In this document: positions 37,865 to 48,270 of the stretch, one piece after another | Layout of the letters: each line of letters begins with the position of its first letter | Position numbering within the stretch: position 1 is the first letter of the stretch | IMG/VR virus record: IMGVR_UViG_3300047548_000197 | Strand: one strand, 5' to 3' | Source: an uncultured virus (IMG/VR IMGVR_UViG_3300047548_000197) | Taxonomy: Duplodnaviria; Heunggongvirae; Uroviricota; Caudoviricetes | DNA: 60,715 bases | Notes under the pieces: generated by a model | What the model was told of the DNA's origin: nothing | Databases searched by the model: none | Seen by the model: the letters and a program-made list of their open reading frames with translations, nothing else | Program-made: the position numbers and the translations under genes

Positions 37865-38905
37865 ATGAAACCAGAGATTCTATACTATAACACACACGAA
37901 GTGCCTAGAATTATTCTAGAGTCTAAACAAAAGATTCTACCATTTCTAGCCAATAATTATTCAGATGACTTGTTAAACGCTTACAATAAACATGGGCTTA
38001 ACAAGCACAATATGATCTATGATAGATCTCAGAGTATTCCACACTATCTTAACATAAAGGCATCGGCACATCCGATGCTGGCGAGAGATGACAATTTCTC
38101 TATGTCATTTTTCGAGGTTTGCGAACGAAGAGCGAAAGAACTTGTTGATAGAAACAAAAACATTTATGTTATGTGGTCTGGTGGAATCGACAGCACCTTT
38201 ATTTTATTTTTGTTAAACAAGTATGCTGCAAGGGGTCAAGTTAAAATCTACGGTACTTACAATTCTATAATCGAGTCTGGTGACTTGTTTGATAGAAGGT
38301 TACGACATGAATTTGAATATGATATAGAAACCCCAACAGATAGCCAATTTGCATATAAACAAACAGATTGTATTTTTGTTAGTGGTATGTGTGGCAATCA
38401 ATTGTTTGGTCCAACAGATGATTTCTTTTCTAATGTTCCTAACGCTATGTTTCACCACACACTGGGTACTCCAGAGACTATCTACGAGGGAATCCAAGGT
38501 AACATAGATCAAGAGTTGTTAGACTTCTTAGAACCTATGATTAAGAACTCTCCAAGAAAGTTAGAAACCGTCAATGACCTAAGATGGTATTGTATTTTTA
38601 ACTTAGACTGGTATACCGCTGTGTACGAACATAGAATACTGGCAGAGCAAAGTCGCGCTAAACGAGTCGTTCCTTTCTTCGACACGAATGAGTTTCAACA
38701 GTGGGCTATAACAACCAAAGAACCATTCACTAAATTCAAAGGTAACCCTAATACTCATAGATGGCAGATGAGGCAGATTTTAGATGAGCATTTTGATGAA
38801 GCTCACTATGCTTGGAATAAAGAAAAGAAAATATCAAACTTCAACGTCTATAGACCACAGTGGCTGTTCTTGCTAAACGATTTCTACAATGTTCTTGATG
38901 ACTAA
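37865..38905 (+). CDS. PP-loop ATP pyrophosphatase (asparagine synthase C-terminal/adenine nucleotide alpha-hydrolase-like)
   Basis: VMWSGGIDST, FVSGMCGNQLFG, PFF....FQQWA; AGGA RBS before ATG 37865. Confidence 0.8.
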   Translation: MKPEILYYNTHEVPRIILESKQKILPFLANNYSDDLLNAYNKHGLNKHNMIYDRSQSIPHYLNIKASAHPMLARDDNFSMSFFEVCERRAKELVDRNKNIYVMWSGGIDSTFILFLLNKYAARGQVKIYGTYNSIIESGDLFDRRLRHEFEYDIETPTDSQFAYKQTDCIFVSGMCGNQLFGPTDDFFSNVPNAMFHHTLGTPETIYEGIQGNIDQELLDFLEPMIKNSPRKLETVNDLRWYCIFNLDWYTAVYEHRILAEQSRAKRVVPFFDTNEFQQWAITTKEPFTKFKGNPNTHRWQMRQILDEHFDEAHYAWNKEKKISNFNVYRPQWLFLLNDFYNVLDD

Positions 38906-38915
38906 ATAATAAATA
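38902..38915 (+). promoter_or_regulatory. Tandem late promoters CTAAATA/ATAAATA before gp13
   Basis: Motif match, intergenic. Confidence 0.65.
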
Positions 38916-38932
38916 ACACTCAGGAAAATAAC

Positions 38933-39670
38933 ATGGCGGTAAGCACTAGAGAACAACTAAAAGAATATGCGCTTAGAGCGCTGGGTGCACCTGTTGTCGA
39001 AATTAACGTAGATAATGTCCAGTTAGAAGACAGAATAGACGAAGCTATCGAACACTGGAGACAATACCACTGGGATGGTTCTGAGAAGGTTTATTTAAAA
39101 CACCAAGTGACTGCAGAAGATATCGCAAATCAATATCTTCCAATGCCAGACTTAGTTTATGGCGTTACTCGTGTTATTCCTTTCTCACACTCATCTTCTT
39201 CTAAGAGTCTATTCGACGTTCAGTACCAACTGAGATTGCACGACTTATATGACTTGACATCAACTTCTATCATCTACTACAAGACTATTATGAGTCACTT
39301 GTCTTTGTTGGATATGGAGCTGAATGGCGCAACGCTTTATCGCTTCAATAGAATCCAAGGCAGATTGATGTTGGATGTGAATTGGGAATCAGATGTGCAA
39401 GAAGGGCAATACGTGGTAGTAGAATGTTATCGCGCTCTAGACCCAACAACATACACTAAGATGTGGAATGAATCTTGGTTAAAACATTACGTAACTGCAC
39501 TATTCAAAAAGCAGTGGGCTATAAACATTAAGAAGTTTTCTGGAATTCAACTTCCAGGCGGTGTTATCTTGGACGGCGATAAGTTGTACGACGAAGCCGT
39601 TACAGAGATCAAAGATTTAGAAGACGATCTGATGAACAAGTCTGCTCCACTAGACTTTTTCTTGGGATAA
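38933..39670 (+). CDS. gp13: Neck protein gp13
   Basis: LRALGAPVVEINV, WLKHYVTALFKKQW, QLPGGVILDG. Confidence 0.93.
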   Translation: MAVSTREQLKEYALRALGAPVVEINVDNVQLEDRIDEAIEHWRQYHWDGSEKVYLKHQVTAEDIANQYLPMPDLVYGVTRVIPFSHSSSSKSLFDVQYQLRLHDLYDLTSTSIIYYKTIMSHLSLLDMELNGATLYRFNRIQGRLMLDVNWESDVQEGQYVVVECYRALDPTTYTKMWNESWLKHYVTALFKKQWAINIKKFSGIQLPGGVILDGDKLYDEAVTEIKDLEDDLMNKSAPLDFFLG

Positions 39671-39672
39671 TA

Positions 39673-40329
39673 ATGGCAACAAATCCATACTTTTCACACG
39701 GCACTACCAATGAGAGAAATCTCATTGAGGATATCATCATCGAATCGTTGAAGATGTATGGTAATGATGTTCTTTACATTCCAAGATCTCTGGTATCAAA
39801 AGATGAAATTCTTGGCGAAGACAGATTAAGTAAATTTGAACACGCTGTTCCGCTAGAGATGTATTTTGAAAACATCGACAACTTTGATGGACAAGGCGCA
39901 TTCGTTCAAAAGTTTGGTCTTATGATGGAACAGTCTGCAACGCTTGTAGTCTCTCGCCGTAGATGGGAGCAAGTCGTTGGGTCACAAAACATTTCTATAC
40001 TACCTAATCGCCCAGCTGAAGGTGATTTGATATTCTTTCCTCTGACAAAGGGATTGTTTGAGATCAAGTTTGTCAAACACCAAGATCCATTCTATCAAAT
40101 AGGAAAGTTGTACGTGTACAAATTGCAAGTAGAACTATTCCAGTACTCATCAGAGATTATTAATACTGGTGTTGCTGAAGTTGATGCCTTTGAAAATCTA
40201 AAAACATTTGATGTAGACAAAGCACCAGATATCGATGTACAAGAATCATACGGCGATAACAATGCATATAAAACTCAAGCAGCTGATGTATTGTTCAATG
40301 AATCAAACCCATTCGGTGAGGTTGCCTAA
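39673..40329 (+). CDS. gp14: Neck protein gp14
   Basis: YGNDVLYIPR, RPAEGDLIFFP, PFYQIGK, ESNPFGE. Confidence 0.93.
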   Translation: MATNPYFSHGTTNERNLIEDIIIESLKMYGNDVLYIPRSLVSKDEILGEDRLSKFEHAVPLEMYFENIDNFDGQGAFVQKFGLMMEQSATLVVSRRRWEQVVGSQNISILPNRPAEGDLIFFPLTKGLFEIKFVKHQDPFYQIGKLYVYKLQVELFQYSSEIINTGVAEVDAFENLKTFDVDKAPDIDVQESYGDNNAYKTQAADVLFNESNPFGEVA

Positions 40330-41075
40330 TGTTAAACGGTAATGTTTTTTATCACGGAATAATTAGAAAGTCTATCGTAGCATTCGGTAGACTGTTCAGT
40401 GACATCTATATCGACAGAAAGCAAGGCGACTCTGTGACTGGCGCGACTGTGCAAAGATTACAAGTTCCTCTTGCATATGCACCAAAAGAAAAGTGGTTGG
40501 TTAGAATAGATTCAGATCCAAACCTAGACAACAACACATACGTTTCTCTACCAAGGATGTCTTTTGAGATCAATGGATACTCTTATGATCCAACTCGTAA
40601 GATGAATCGTATGCAACAAATCAAGTGTGGTGGTGGTTTGGGTTCAGTACCAACTCTGTATACTCCAGTGCCATACAACATTGATATTTCTTTGTATATC
40701 TTGACAAAGACTCAAGAAGATGGTCTACAGATATTAGAACAAATTCTCCCAACATTCACTCCAGAGTACACACTAACTATCAATGCTGTACCAGACATGA
40801 ACGTTAAATTAGATGTTCCTATCATATTGAATAGTGTAAGCGTATCCGATGAGTATGATGGTGACTTTCAAACACGTAGATTCGTAACACACACTCTACA
40901 ATTCCAAATGAAAACCAACATATTTGGTGGAATTGGCAGCAAAGAAGTTATTCAAACAGTCAACGCGAATGTCGGTAATAATGCTGACTTGACTAATCCA
41001 AATCAAACATATACTGCAACTGGCGATCCAGCTACAGCACAAGTAACTAGCGAGAGTTGGGAAGACACATTCTAA
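40329..41075 (+). CDS. gp15: Tail terminator/sheath stabiliser gp15
   Basis: FYHGIIRK, VPLAYAPKEK, LPRMSFE, QILEQILPTFTP. Confidence 0.93.
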   Translation: MLNGNVFYHGIIRKSIVAFGRLFSDIYIDRKQGDSVTGATVQRLQVPLAYAPKEKWLVRIDSDPNLDNNTYVSLPRMSFEINGYSYDPTRKMNRMQQIKCGGGLGSVPTLYTPVPYNIDISLYILTKTQEDGLQILEQILPTFTPEYTLTINAVPDMNVKLDVPIILNSVSVSDEYDGDFQTRRFVTHTLQFQMKTNIFGGIGSKEVIQTVNANVGNNADLTNPNQTYTATGDPATAQVTSESWEDTF

Positions 41076-41078
41076 AAT

Positions 41079-42656
41079 ATGGCTGAGATTTATAATAGTA
41101 ACGCTAACCTTAAAGCGGCTGGCGTTACAGTTGAGTTTACACCACAGAATATCCAAGAGTACATTAAGTGTTCTCAGGATCCGATTTACTTTATTGAAAA
41201 CTACTGCCAGATCGTTACTCTAGATCACGGTCTAAAGTTATTCAAACTGTACGACTGTCAGAAAAATAAAGTAAACATCATTCACAATAACCGTCGCGTT
41301 ATTCTTATGGAAGGGCGACAGCAAGGTAAAACTACTACTTCTGCTGCTTACATCCTTTGGTACACCTTATTCCAAGCAAACAAAACTGTTGCTATTCTAG
41401 CCAACAAGGCTACTGCTGCCCGTGAAGTTTTGGATCGTTACCAAACAATGTATGAGTTACTACCAAAGTGGATGCAACAAGGTGTTACTACTTGGAACAA
41501 AGGTGACATTGAACTAGAAAACGGTTCAAAGGTATTCACTGCTGCCACTGGTAAGTCTGGTATTCGTGGTAAGTCTGTTAACATGCTTTACGTTGACGAA
41601 GCTGCGATTATTCCAAACAACGTTGCTGAAGAATTCTTCACATCAGTATATCCAACTATTTCTGCTGGTCAAACTACCAAGATTCTATTGAGTTCAACTC
41701 CACTAGGTTATAACCACTTTTGGAAGTTTTGGAATGATGCAGAAAATGGTCGTAATGGTTTTGTCCCACTATTCATTCCTTACTGGGAAATTCCAGGTCG
41801 AGATGAAGCATGGGCGAACGAACAAAAAGCCATGCTTGGCGACCTCAAGTATAACCAAGAGGTTTTGTGTAAATTCTTGGGTTCTAGTTTAACCCTAGTC
41901 AATGCCGATGTTATTGCTAGAATGTCAGTAGATACTATTCAGTATAGTAAAGATGGTCTAGATGTCTATGTGAAACCACAAGCTGGACACACTTACTGTA
42001 TGATAGCCGACGTTGCCAAAGGTGTTGGTGGCGACTACTCAGCTTTCCAAGTTATTGACATAACAGAAACACCTTACAGAATTGTTGCAAAGTACAGAAA
42101 TAACGAAATCAGTCCACTGCTGTATCCAAACGTAATCTACAAAGTTGGTAAAGATTACAACGAAGCGTTTGTGTTATTAGAGATTAACATCTCTGAGCAG
42201 GTGGCGCATATTTTGTATCAAGAATTAGAGTATGAGAATATTTTGATGGTTACCAGAACAAATGGTGGACAGGTTGTTTCTGGTGGATTTGGTGGCGGTA
42301 AAACACAACTTGGTGTTGTCACTGACAAGAAAATCAAGCGAATCGGATGCCATAACTTCAAAGCTATGGTAGAAGAAAATAAACTTATTATTAATGACGC
42401 AGACACGATATCTGAAATCTCGACATTTATCGAAAAGAAAGGTTCGTATGAAGCAGATGAAGGTTATCATGATGATTTGGTTATGCCTTTAGTCTTGTTT
42501 AGCTGGTTGTCTACAAACAGTTATTTTAAAGACCTAAATAACATAAACCTAAGAGAAATTATGTATAAGAAGCAAATTCAGGCAATTGAAGAGGAATTGA
42601 CTCCATTCGGTTTCTATGATGATGGACAGCCAGAATCAGACCCCTTAGACTTTTGA
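41079..42656 (+). CDS. gp17: Terminase large subunit gp17
   Basis: RQQGKTT Walker A, YVDEAA Walker B, SSTPLG, HDDLVM. Confidence 0.97.
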   Translation: MAEIYNSNANLKAAGVTVEFTPQNIQEYIKCSQDPIYFIENYCQIVTLDHGLKLFKLYDCQKNKVNIIHNNRRVILMEGRQQGKTTTSAAYILWYTLFQANKTVAILANKATAAREVLDRYQTMYELLPKWMQQGVTTWNKGDIELENGSKVFTAATGKSGIRGKSVNMLYVDEAAIIPNNVAEEFFTSVYPTISAGQTTKILLSSTPLGYNHFWKFWNDAENGRNGFVPLFIPYWEIPGRDEAWANEQKAMLGDLKYNQEVLCKFLGSSLTLVNADVIARMSVDTIQYSKDGLDVYVKPQAGHTYCMIADVAKGVGGDYSAFQVIDITETPYRIVAKYRNNEISPLLYPNVIYKVGKDYNEAFVLLEINISEQVAHILYQELEYENILMVTRTNGGQVVSGGFGGGKTQLGVVTDKKIKRIGCHNFKAMVEENKLIINDADTISEISTFIEKKGSYEADEGYHDDLVMPLVLFSWLSTNSYFKDLNNINLREIMYKKQIQAIEEELTPFGFYDDGQPESDPLDF

Positions 42657-42671
42657 GAAATCCTGTAAAAA

Positions 42672-42678
42672 CTAAATA
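42672..42678 (+). promoter_or_regulatory. Late promoter CTAAATA before gp18
   Basis: Motif match, intergenic. Confidence 0.65.
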
Positions 42679-42731
42679 AAATGTAGACATAAAATTGTCT
42701 AGAGTAAAACTATTAAACAAGGAGAACAACA

Positions 42732-44891
42732 ATGCCGTTCCAACTATCTCCAGGCGTTGCAGTCACAGAAAAAGATTTTTCTTCAATCGTTCCAGCAGTA
42801 TCTAGCTCTGCTGGCGGTTTTGCTGGAAGATTTCAATGGGGTCCAGTATTGGCTCCTACAACAGTGTCTTCAGAAAACGAATTAGTTCGTATTTTTGGTA
42901 AGCCTGTAGAAGAGAACGCTGCTGATTTCTTTACCGCTGCAAACTTCCTGTCTTACACAAACAATCTAATCGCTGTTCGCGCTGACGCTGTTAATGCTCG
43001 CAACGCTGTTACAATTAAAACTGGCTTTGTAAATGCAATTACAATGACTAACCAAGGTAACGGTTATACAACTGCTCCTATTGTAACATTCTCTGCACCA
43101 CAAGTGTCTGGTGGTATCAATGCTGCAGGTACTGCCCAGCTTTCTGGCGGTGGCGTTACTGCTGTTACTATCGCTGAAGGTGGCACTGGTTATACAGCAG
43201 CAACTTGCGTATTCAGTATTCCAGAAAGAGGTAACAACAGAGCAACTGGTACTGTTACTGTTGCAAACGGGGCTGTTACTGGAATTGTTATCACTAACGC
43301 TGGTAGTGGTTATCTAAACCCACCAACTATCACTTTCTCTGGTGACGGTATCAACGCCCAAGCTGGTACTGTTACACTATCTGCTTCTAGTGTTATTGGT
43401 ATTACAATGACACAGACTGGCACTGGTTATACTGCTGCTCCAACTATCACTATCACTCCACCAACTACTGGTTTGGGTGCTACTGCAACTGCTACAATTA
43501 TCACTAGCGGTATCAAAGTTAAGAATTCAGAAGATTACCTACAAAACTATATCGGCGGTGCCGCTGTTGTTGGCACTTGGATTGCAAAATATCCAGGTTC
43601 TCTAGGAAACTCTATCTACGTTGGCGTTTGTGACGCAGGTGAGTGGGCAACATGGGATCACTCTGACGAATTTGATTCTGCTCCAGCAACTTCTGATTAC
43701 GCTGCTTCTGTTTCTGGCTCTAATGATGAACTACATATCATCATTATCGATGCCGATGGTCGTTGGACTGGAACTCCAGGTGCTATTCTAGAAAAGTTCC
43801 CATTCGTTTCAAAGGCTTCTGATGCCAAGAAATCAGATGGCACTAACAACTATTACAAAGACGTTATCAACTCTCGTTCTCAGTATGTATGGTGGGCAGA
43901 TCACCCAGCTGAAGCCCAAAATTGGGGTAATGCTGCAGCAAACACTGCGTTCAATAACGTTGGATACCATGACTATCGTTTGTCTGGCGGTCTAGATGAT
44001 TATGCCTCTACTGATGGTAATTTAATGACAGCATGGGAATTGTTATCTGATGACACTTCTTATGACATCAGCTTGATTCCACTAGGTAAAGCATCTGCAA
44101 CTGTTGCAACTTACGTTATCAACAATGTTGCTGAGGTTCGTAAAGATTGCGTGGTTTTCGTTTCTCCAGAAAATGTAAGCACTGGTGCTATCATCATCGG
44201 TAACGGCACTGCCATAGACGACATCATTGATTATCGCGATGCTTTGCCATCTACTTCTTATGCTGTGATGGACTCTGGTTTCAAATACCAATATGACCGT
44301 TATAACGACAAATATCGTTGGGTTCCACTAAACGGTGATATCGCTGGTTTGTGCGCACGCACTGATTACACTAACGACGCTTGGTTCTCTCCAGGTGGTC
44401 TAAACCGTGGTCAAATCAAGAACGTAGTTAAATTAGCCGTTCACCTACACAAGACTGAACGTGACTTGTTGTACAAGAAAGGCATCAACCCAGTTGTTAC
44501 TTTCCCAGGCGAAGGTACTGTTCTGTTCGGCGACAAGACATTGTTGAGCAAGCCAAGTGCGTTTGATCGCATCAACGTTCGTCGTTTGTTTATCGTTCTT
44601 GAGAAAGCAATCGCTACTGCTTCTAAGTATCAGTTGTTTGAATTCAACGATGGTTTCACTCGCGCTCAATTCAAGAACATGGTTGAACCATTCCTACGTG
44701 ACGTACAAGGTCGCCGTGGTATCACAGACTTCGTTGTTAAGTGCGACGAATCTAACAACACTGGTGAGGTTATTGACCGTAACGAATTCGTTGCCGATAT
44801 CTTCGTTAAACCAAACCGTTCTATCAACTTTATCAGCTTGAACTTCGTGGCTGCTCGCTCTGGTATCAACTTCAGCGAAATCGGCGCTTAA
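42732..44891 (+). CDS. gp18: Tail sheath gp18
   Basis: LSPGV, FQWGP, YDRYND..RWVPLNGD, FDRINVRRLF. Confidence 0.97.
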   Translation: MPFQLSPGVAVTEKDFSSIVPAVSSSAGGFAGRFQWGPVLAPTTVSSENELVRIFGKPVEENAADFFTAANFLSYTNNLIAVRADAVNARNAVTIKTGFVNAITMTNQGNGYTTAPIVTFSAPQVSGGINAAGTAQLSGGGVTAVTIAEGGTGYTAATCVFSIPERGNNRATGTVTVANGAVTGIVITNAGSGYLNPPTITFSGDGINAQAGTVTLSASSVIGITMTQTGTGYTAAPTITITPPTTGLGATATATIITSGIKVKNSEDYLQNYIGGAAVVGTWIAKYPGSLGNSIYVGVCDAGEWATWDHSDEFDSAPATSDYAASVSGSNDELHIIIIDADGRWTGTPGAILEKFPFVSKASDAKKSDGTNNYYKDVINSRSQYVWWADHPAEAQNWGNAAANTAFNNVGYHDYRLSGGLDDYASTDGNLMTAWELLSDDTSYDISLIPLGKASATVATYVINNVAEVRKDCVVFVSPENVSTGAIIIGNGTAIDDIIDYRDALPSTSYAVMDSGFKYQYDRYNDKYRWVPLNGDIAGLCARTDYTNDAWFSPGGLNRGQIKNVVKLAVHLHKTERDLLYKKGINPVVTFPGEGTVLFGDKTLLSKPSAFDRINVRRLFIVLEKAIATASKYQLFEFNDGFTRAQFKNMVEPFLRDVQGRRGITDFVVKCDESNNTGEVIDRNEFVADIFVKPNRSINFISLNFVAARSGINFSEIGA

Positions 44892-44901
44892 GAAGTAAGA
44901 G

Positions 44902-44908
44902 ATAAATA
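44902..44908 (+). promoter_or_regulatory. Late promoter ATAAATA before gp19
   Basis: Motif match, intergenic. Confidence 0.65.
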
Positions 44909-44927
44909 AAGGAACAAGGAGATTTAA

Positions 44928-45515
44928 ATGGCAAATATCGCTGATTTTAAGGCACAAATGATTGGGGGCGGTGCTCGCCCTAATCAATTCCGTGTTGAAC
45001 TAACATTCCCAGCGTTTGTAACACTGGGTGCAGTTGCGGGACAACGTGCTCAATTCTTATGTAAGGCAGCAACGCTACCAGCTTCTACTATCGAAACTAT
45101 TCCAGTTTTGTATCGTGGTCGTCCAGTAAACTTCGCTGGTGAACGCACTTTCCAACCATGGTCAGTCACTGTGTATAACGATACTACATTCGGTATTCGT
45201 AATGCTCTAGAACAATGGCAGTCTGGTATCCAGAACTACGACACTACTAGCGGACGTGTTAACCCAGCTGATTACCAAGTTGACCTAGCTGTTCACCAAC
45301 TAGATCGTAATGGTGCAACTGTCAAGACTTATAAGTTTGTAGACGCATTCCCAACTGTAATTGGAGCTATTGGCTTGGATTATGAACAACAAAATGCCAT
45401 CGAGCAGTTTGATGTTGAATTCCAATACAACTTCTTCACTTCTAACACTGGTGCGACTTCTGGCTTTGGTGTCAATGTTTCTATTGATACACCAGTTGGT
45501 TCTCTACCTATCTAA
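44928..45515 (+). CDS. gp19: Tail tube gp19
   Basis: GGARPNQF, AGERTF.PW, QLDRNG. Confidence 0.95.
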   Translation: MANIADFKAQMIGGGARPNQFRVELTFPAFVTLGAVAGQRAQFLCKAATLPASTIETIPVLYRGRPVNFAGERTFQPWSVTVYNDTTFGIRNALEQWQSGIQNYDTTSGRVNPADYQVDLAVHQLDRNGATVKTYKFVDAFPTVIGAIGLDYEQQNAIEQFDVEFQYNFFTSNTGATSGFGVNVSIDTPVGSLPI

Positions 45516-45535
45516 GATAAACTAAAAACTTAATT

Positions 45536-47209
45536 ATGAATATTTTTGGGTTCGAGATAAAACGTAAAGACCAAGCTGCGCCTCTGAGTATTGTTGCTCC
45601 GAGCGCAGCTGATGGTGATGGCGCAACTGTAGTAAACACCAGTTTTGGAGTCAATTCTGGTGGTTATTATGGCATGGTCATCGACTTAGATAGCATCGTA
45701 AAAAACGAGAATGATTTAATTCGTCGTTATCGCGAAACTGCGCAGTACAGCGATTGTGATGGTGCTATTGATGATATTGTTAATGAATCTATAGTGGCTG
45801 ATGGAGTGCATCCACCAGTCAGTATTGTATTAGACGATGTTAATGTTTCTTCTGCAATCAAGAAAAAGATCTCAGAAGAATTTGCAAAAGTCTTAAAGAT
45901 TTTAAAATTCAACGATCGTGCACACGAGTTATTCCGTAATTGGTACATTGACGGAAGATTGTATTTCCATATCTTGATTGACGAAAAGAATGTCAAGCAA
46001 GGTATCGTAGAACTTAGATACATTGATCCTCGTAAAATTCGTAGAATTAAAAACATTGTAAAAGAAAAGAACGCTCAAGGACTAGAAGTTGTAAAGACAG
46101 TCGAAGAGTTTTATCTTTACAATGATAAAGGTATCACTGACTCAGCTACACAAGGGGTAAAGATGTCCCTTGATTCTGTGTTGTATGTACCATCTGGTTA
46201 CATTGACCAGAACACTGGCATGATGATGTCTTATCTACACAAGGCAATCAAACCAGTAAACCAACTAAAACTTATCGAAGATGCCCTAGTCATCTATCGT
46301 ATTTCACGTGCTCCAGAGCGTAGAATTTTCTACGTTGACGTTGGTAACTTACCAAAGCTAAAAGCTGAACAGTATGTTAACGACATCATGAACAAGTTCC
46401 GTAACAAGATTGTTTATGACGCAACTACTGGTGAAACACGTGACGATCGTAAACATCTTTCAATGATGGAAGACTTCTGGATGCCACGTCGTGAAGGTGG
46501 TAAAGGTACAGAAATTACTACACTTCCAGGTGGTCAAAACCTTGGCGAGATTCAAGATATTGAATACTTCCAATCCAAGTTGTACCACTCACTAAACGTG
46601 CCAATTAGCCGTTTGCAAGAACAGCAAGGTTTTTCTATTGGTCGTTCAACTGAAATCAGTAGAGAAGAAATCAAGTTTAATAAGTTTATCGTTAGACTGC
46701 GTAGAAAATTCTCTACAATGTTTACTGATGCGCTACGTATTCAGTTAATTGCAAAGAATATCATTCGCCCAGAAGAGTGGGATGATATCAAGCAAGACAT
46801 TCGTTACGATTTTGTTGAAGACAATCACTACTCAGAACTAAAAGATTCAGAAGTATTGTTACAACGTGTTAACATGTTAGCTCAGTTAGATCCATTCGTT
46901 GGCAAGTACTATTCAAAAGAATGGGTTCGCAAGAATGTTCTTCAATTGAAAGATGATGAGATTGAAGAAATCGAAAACCAAATCGAATCTGAACAAGCTG
47001 ACCAACTATCACACGCTGAACAATTGGGCACACTAGATGGCGCTCAACAAACAGCTGCACAAAACTTTATGGCGCAGAACATGGTTCATCCTGAAGGACA
47101 AGATGGTGGTGACCAAGGTGCCGATGCTGCTCCGCAAGATGAGCAACCAGCAGACGACCAAACACAACAAACAAATAAACAGCCGACTAAAGGCAAATGG
47201 CCAAATTGA
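45536..47209 (+). CDS. gp20: Portal protein gp20
   Basis: WYIDGR, YRISRAPERRIFYVDVGNLP, EDFWMPRREGGKGTEITTLPGG. Confidence 0.97.
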   Translation: MNIFGFEIKRKDQAAPLSIVAPSAADGDGATVVNTSFGVNSGGYYGMVIDLDSIVKNENDLIRRYRETAQYSDCDGAIDDIVNESIVADGVHPPVSIVLDDVNVSSAIKKKISEEFAKVLKILKFNDRAHELFRNWYIDGRLYFHILIDEKNVKQGIVELRYIDPRKIRRIKNIVKEKNAQGLEVVKTVEEFYLYNDKGITDSATQGVKMSLDSVLYVPSGYIDQNTGMMMSYLHKAIKPVNQLKLIEDALVIYRISRAPERRIFYVDVGNLPKLKAEQYVNDIMNKFRNKIVYDATTGETRDDRKHLSMMEDFWMPRREGGKGTEITTLPGGQNLGEIQDIEYFQSKLYHSLNVPISRLQEQQGFSIGRSTEISREEIKFNKFIVRLRRKFSTMFTDALRIQLIAKNIIRPEEWDDIKQDIRYDFVEDNHYSELKDSEVLLQRVNMLAQLDPFVGKYYSKEWVRKNVLQLKDDEIEEIENQIESEQADQLSHAEQLGTLDGAQQTAAQNFMAQNMVHPEGQDGGDQGADAAPQDEQPADDQTQQTNKQPTKGKWPN

Positions 47210-47219
47210 GGAGAACTAA

Positions 47220-47402
47220 ATGACTGATACTGTGAAAGATCTTATTTCTGCTATTGTTACAGGTAATGCTGTTGATACAGAATCTGCATTCAATGCCGCT
47301 ATGGCAGAAAAATTATCTGTGAAGCTAGATGATATGAGAGTACAAGTTGCTCAAAATATGTTCAATGTCCAACAGACAGAAACAGAGGCAGAAGCTGAGT
47401 AA
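47220..47402 (+). CDS. Prohead core protein (gp67-like)
   Basis: Small acidic helical ORF right after portal; GAGGAG RBS. Confidence 0.65.
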   Translation: MTDTVKDLISAIVTGNAVDTESAFNAAMAEKLSVKLDDMRVQVAQNMFNVQQTETEAEAE

Positions 47403-47851
47403 TGAATTATAAACAGTTTGTTGGTTCAATGAATATACACAGCAAGTCTGTGGGTAAGCCATCAACTGATCATGTTGTAGAAGAAGTAGTTAAAGAAGCC
47501 TACGAAGAAATTCCATCTTCAAAGGTAGCAGAAATAATCAAAGAACATCATGATGTTAGAGTAACAGATACTCTGATAGAGTCATATGTTGAGTTAGCTG
47601 CTTCTAATATTTTTTCAGTAGACCCTGTTATCTGTGAACTGCGTAAATACAACAAAATTGATAGATTAGTTGAGAACAAGATACATTATGTTCTGTCAGA
47701 CAAAACAATTGTAGCAATTTCAGAACAAACTCAAGAACGCCTAAATAATTTGTTACAGAATCAAAAAGATATTATTGAGTATATGAGAGAGTCAAAAGAA
47801 AACTTTCTGTATGTGCTCGATAAATTAGAGGAACAAAATGGCACTAACTAA
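47402..47851 (+). CDS. Hypothetical head-module protein
   Basis: TAATG-coupled, between portal and protease. Confidence 0.65.
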   Translation: MNYKQFVGSMNIHSKSVGKPSTDHVVEEVVKEAYEEIPSSKVAEIIKEHHDVRVTDTLIESYVELAASNIFSVDPVICELRKYNKIDRLVENKIHYVLSDKTIVAISEQTQERLNNLLQNQKDIIEYMRESKENFLYVLDKLEEQNGTN

Positions 47852-48269
47852 AAGCATTTTAAAACTAACAGAAACAGAAGCTGTTGTTAAAGTCGCAGGT
47901 AATGGCGGCACTGCTACTATTGATATTCAAGCAGACATTTTAGACAGCAACCAAGCTATCTCTGGCGCAACACAAACAGTTAATATTACTGGTGTTCGTT
48001 GGGGTGGTGAGAATGCCAATGTTATTGCAGTTTCTAGAAACTCAACAAGAGTTTTGACACTACCAACTGAACAAGCTGATATGATTTCTTTTGATGGTCA
48101 AGAGTTGCCATCAGAGAATACAGCGAACACATTCGACATTGAAGTCGCGCAAACTGGTACTGGTTATGTAGAGTTATATTTAAAACTACGTAAAGTTTCT
48201 GGATATGCACCTAAAGTAGAAGACGCAGAATTCGGTTCTTACGACAACACAACTACAGTAGGAAGCTAA
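47838..48269 (+). CDS. Hypothetical virion structural protein
   Basis: GAGG RBS, beta-rich, late promoter CTAAATA at 47741. Confidence 0.65.
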   Translation: MALTKSILKLTETEAVVKVAGNGGTATIDIQADILDSNQAISGATQTVNITGVRWGGENANVIAVSRNSTRVLTLPTEQADMISFDGQELPSENTANTFDIEVAQTGTGYVELYLKLRKVSGYAPKVEDAEFGSYDNTTTVGS

Positions 48270-48270
48270 A

